Assembly (NCBI RefSeq): GCF_006345805.1
Contig: NC_043013.1
Span: forward strand, 49,476,001-49,540,000
DNA: 64,000 nucleotides
Origin: Octopus sinensis
Lineage: Eukaryota
Reading direction: 5' to 3'
The translations under genes and the position numbers were made by a program. Each line of letters starts with the position of its first letter. Positions within the stretch are counted from its first letter, which is position 1. The notes below the pieces were generated by a model. That model did not search any database. It was not told the DNA's origin and was given only the letters and a program-made list of their open reading frames with translations. Below, in pieces: positions 62,880 through 64,000 of the stretch.

Positions 62880-64000
62880 AATCTGTTGCAGGGCCTGTCT
62901 TTCTGAAGCCAACTAGTAAAGATAGCAAGTATGTTTCCTCTCTACTTTCCTCAGCTTCTCTATCTTTCTTTCAACCTCCTAGCTGTCGCTGAGGGCTCAA
63001 GATTTTACCTCTCGTATGGTCTCTAGTGAACTGAATCTGTTGTCTTCTTAATGTTGTTGACAGGCTTTCTGGTGGTCTTTGATATCTGTCTGTGTGGTAA
63101 GTAGCTTGCTTACCAACTACATGGTTCCAGGTCCAGTCCCATTGCGTGGCACCTTGGGCAAGTGTCTTCTACTATAGCCTCGGGCCGACCAAAGCCTTGT
63201 GAGTGGATTTGGTAGACGGAAACTGAAAGAAGCCCGTCATATATATGTGTATATATATATATATATATTATATATATATATATATATATGCGTGTGTGTG
63301 TTTGTGTGTCTGGGTTTGTCCCCCTAGCATTGCTTGACAACCGATGCTGGTGTGTTTATGTCCCCGTAACTTAGTGGTTCAGCAAACGAGACCGATAGAA
63401 TAAGTACTAGGCTTACAAAAGAATAAGTCCTGGGGTCGAGTTGCTCGACTAAAGGCGATGCTCCAGCACGGCCGCAGTCAAATGACTGAAACAAGTAAAA
63501 GAGTGAAAGAGAGAGTTTGCCTAGGACACCTTCAACACTTATTTAGGGAACTGCATCTCAGGACCACTGATAAGCTTTTATACTAGTTTGCTGTTGTTCT
63601 AGATCACACATAAGGATGGGTTCTATGAATGCCTCTTTTTTCCCACTTTCCTTGATAGCCATTTACTTGACTATAAATGCTTCATCTCATTGTAGGCAGC
63701 TTTAGCCTGGCAGTCCTTGACTTTATTTCTTAATTGTTCCTTCCATCTGATGTAAGAATGGCTCCCAAATGTTTAAAACTTATCAACTTGCTTCAAGGTT
63801 CTTCCCTAATTCTTGTATTGCAAACTGATGGTTATTTTCTTTGAGACTGTTGAGTTTCTTCCAGCTTGTCACAGAATACAGAACAACATATTTCATCATC
63901 ATTTTTTATGCTACTAGTTATGTCTCCCACTACACAAAACCACTTCCTTTGACATCCATCCATCATTCTTTCCACTGTCACTCTCTACTAACATTTTCCA
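62880..64000 (-). pseudogene. RTE LINE RT/C-terminal relic, interrupted by SINE A
   Basis: Minus-strand FKHLGAILTSDG..EIKSR (RT C-terminal FKYLG motif region) with further decayed C-terminal sequence at 62880-63088. Confidence 0.6.
63090..63515 (+). mobile_element. SINE family A, slightly 5'-truncated
   Basis: CTGTGTGGTAAGTAGC to GTAAAAGAGTGAAAGAG. Confidence 0.93.

Noticed and set aside
5302-63340. Recurrent peptides such as DGLLSVSVYQIHSQGFG..EDTCPRCHAVGLNPEPCGW that look like a gene family
   Set aside because: They are antisense or sense readings of SINE A, a non-coding element.

Overview
AT-rich eukaryotic (animal) genomic DNA, almost entirely repeats. The SINE families look like those of octopod cephalopods; this is inferred from recognition, not from a database search. 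No bacterial features, CRISPR array, rRNA or intact long gene are visible, and nearly all ORF-track entries are microsatellite or SINE translations. Contents: about 20 copies of one tRNA-headed, CORE-like SINE (family A); three other tRNA-type SINE families (B, D, E); a headless modular element with an RTE-like tail (family C); two non-autonomous Helitron families; hAT-, piggyBac- and unclassified MITEs; decayed RTE, CR1-like, Penelope, mariner and maT-like coding relics; and many (TA)n/(CA)n tracts. The standout is a 3.8 kb tandem array (44421-48222) of about 21.6 copies of a ~177 bp unit made from the Pol III head of SINE A, with a 5-unit higher-order duplication. Also notable are a MITE family with 6-bp target duplications and a telomere-like internal motif, a degenerate minimal hammerhead ribozyme motif in a Penelope-like end, Helitrons whose 3' terminus is a full palindrome, several long hairpins/inverted duplications, and two phase-compatible candidate exons encoding a signal-peptide-like N-terminus (minus strand, 41149-41594).
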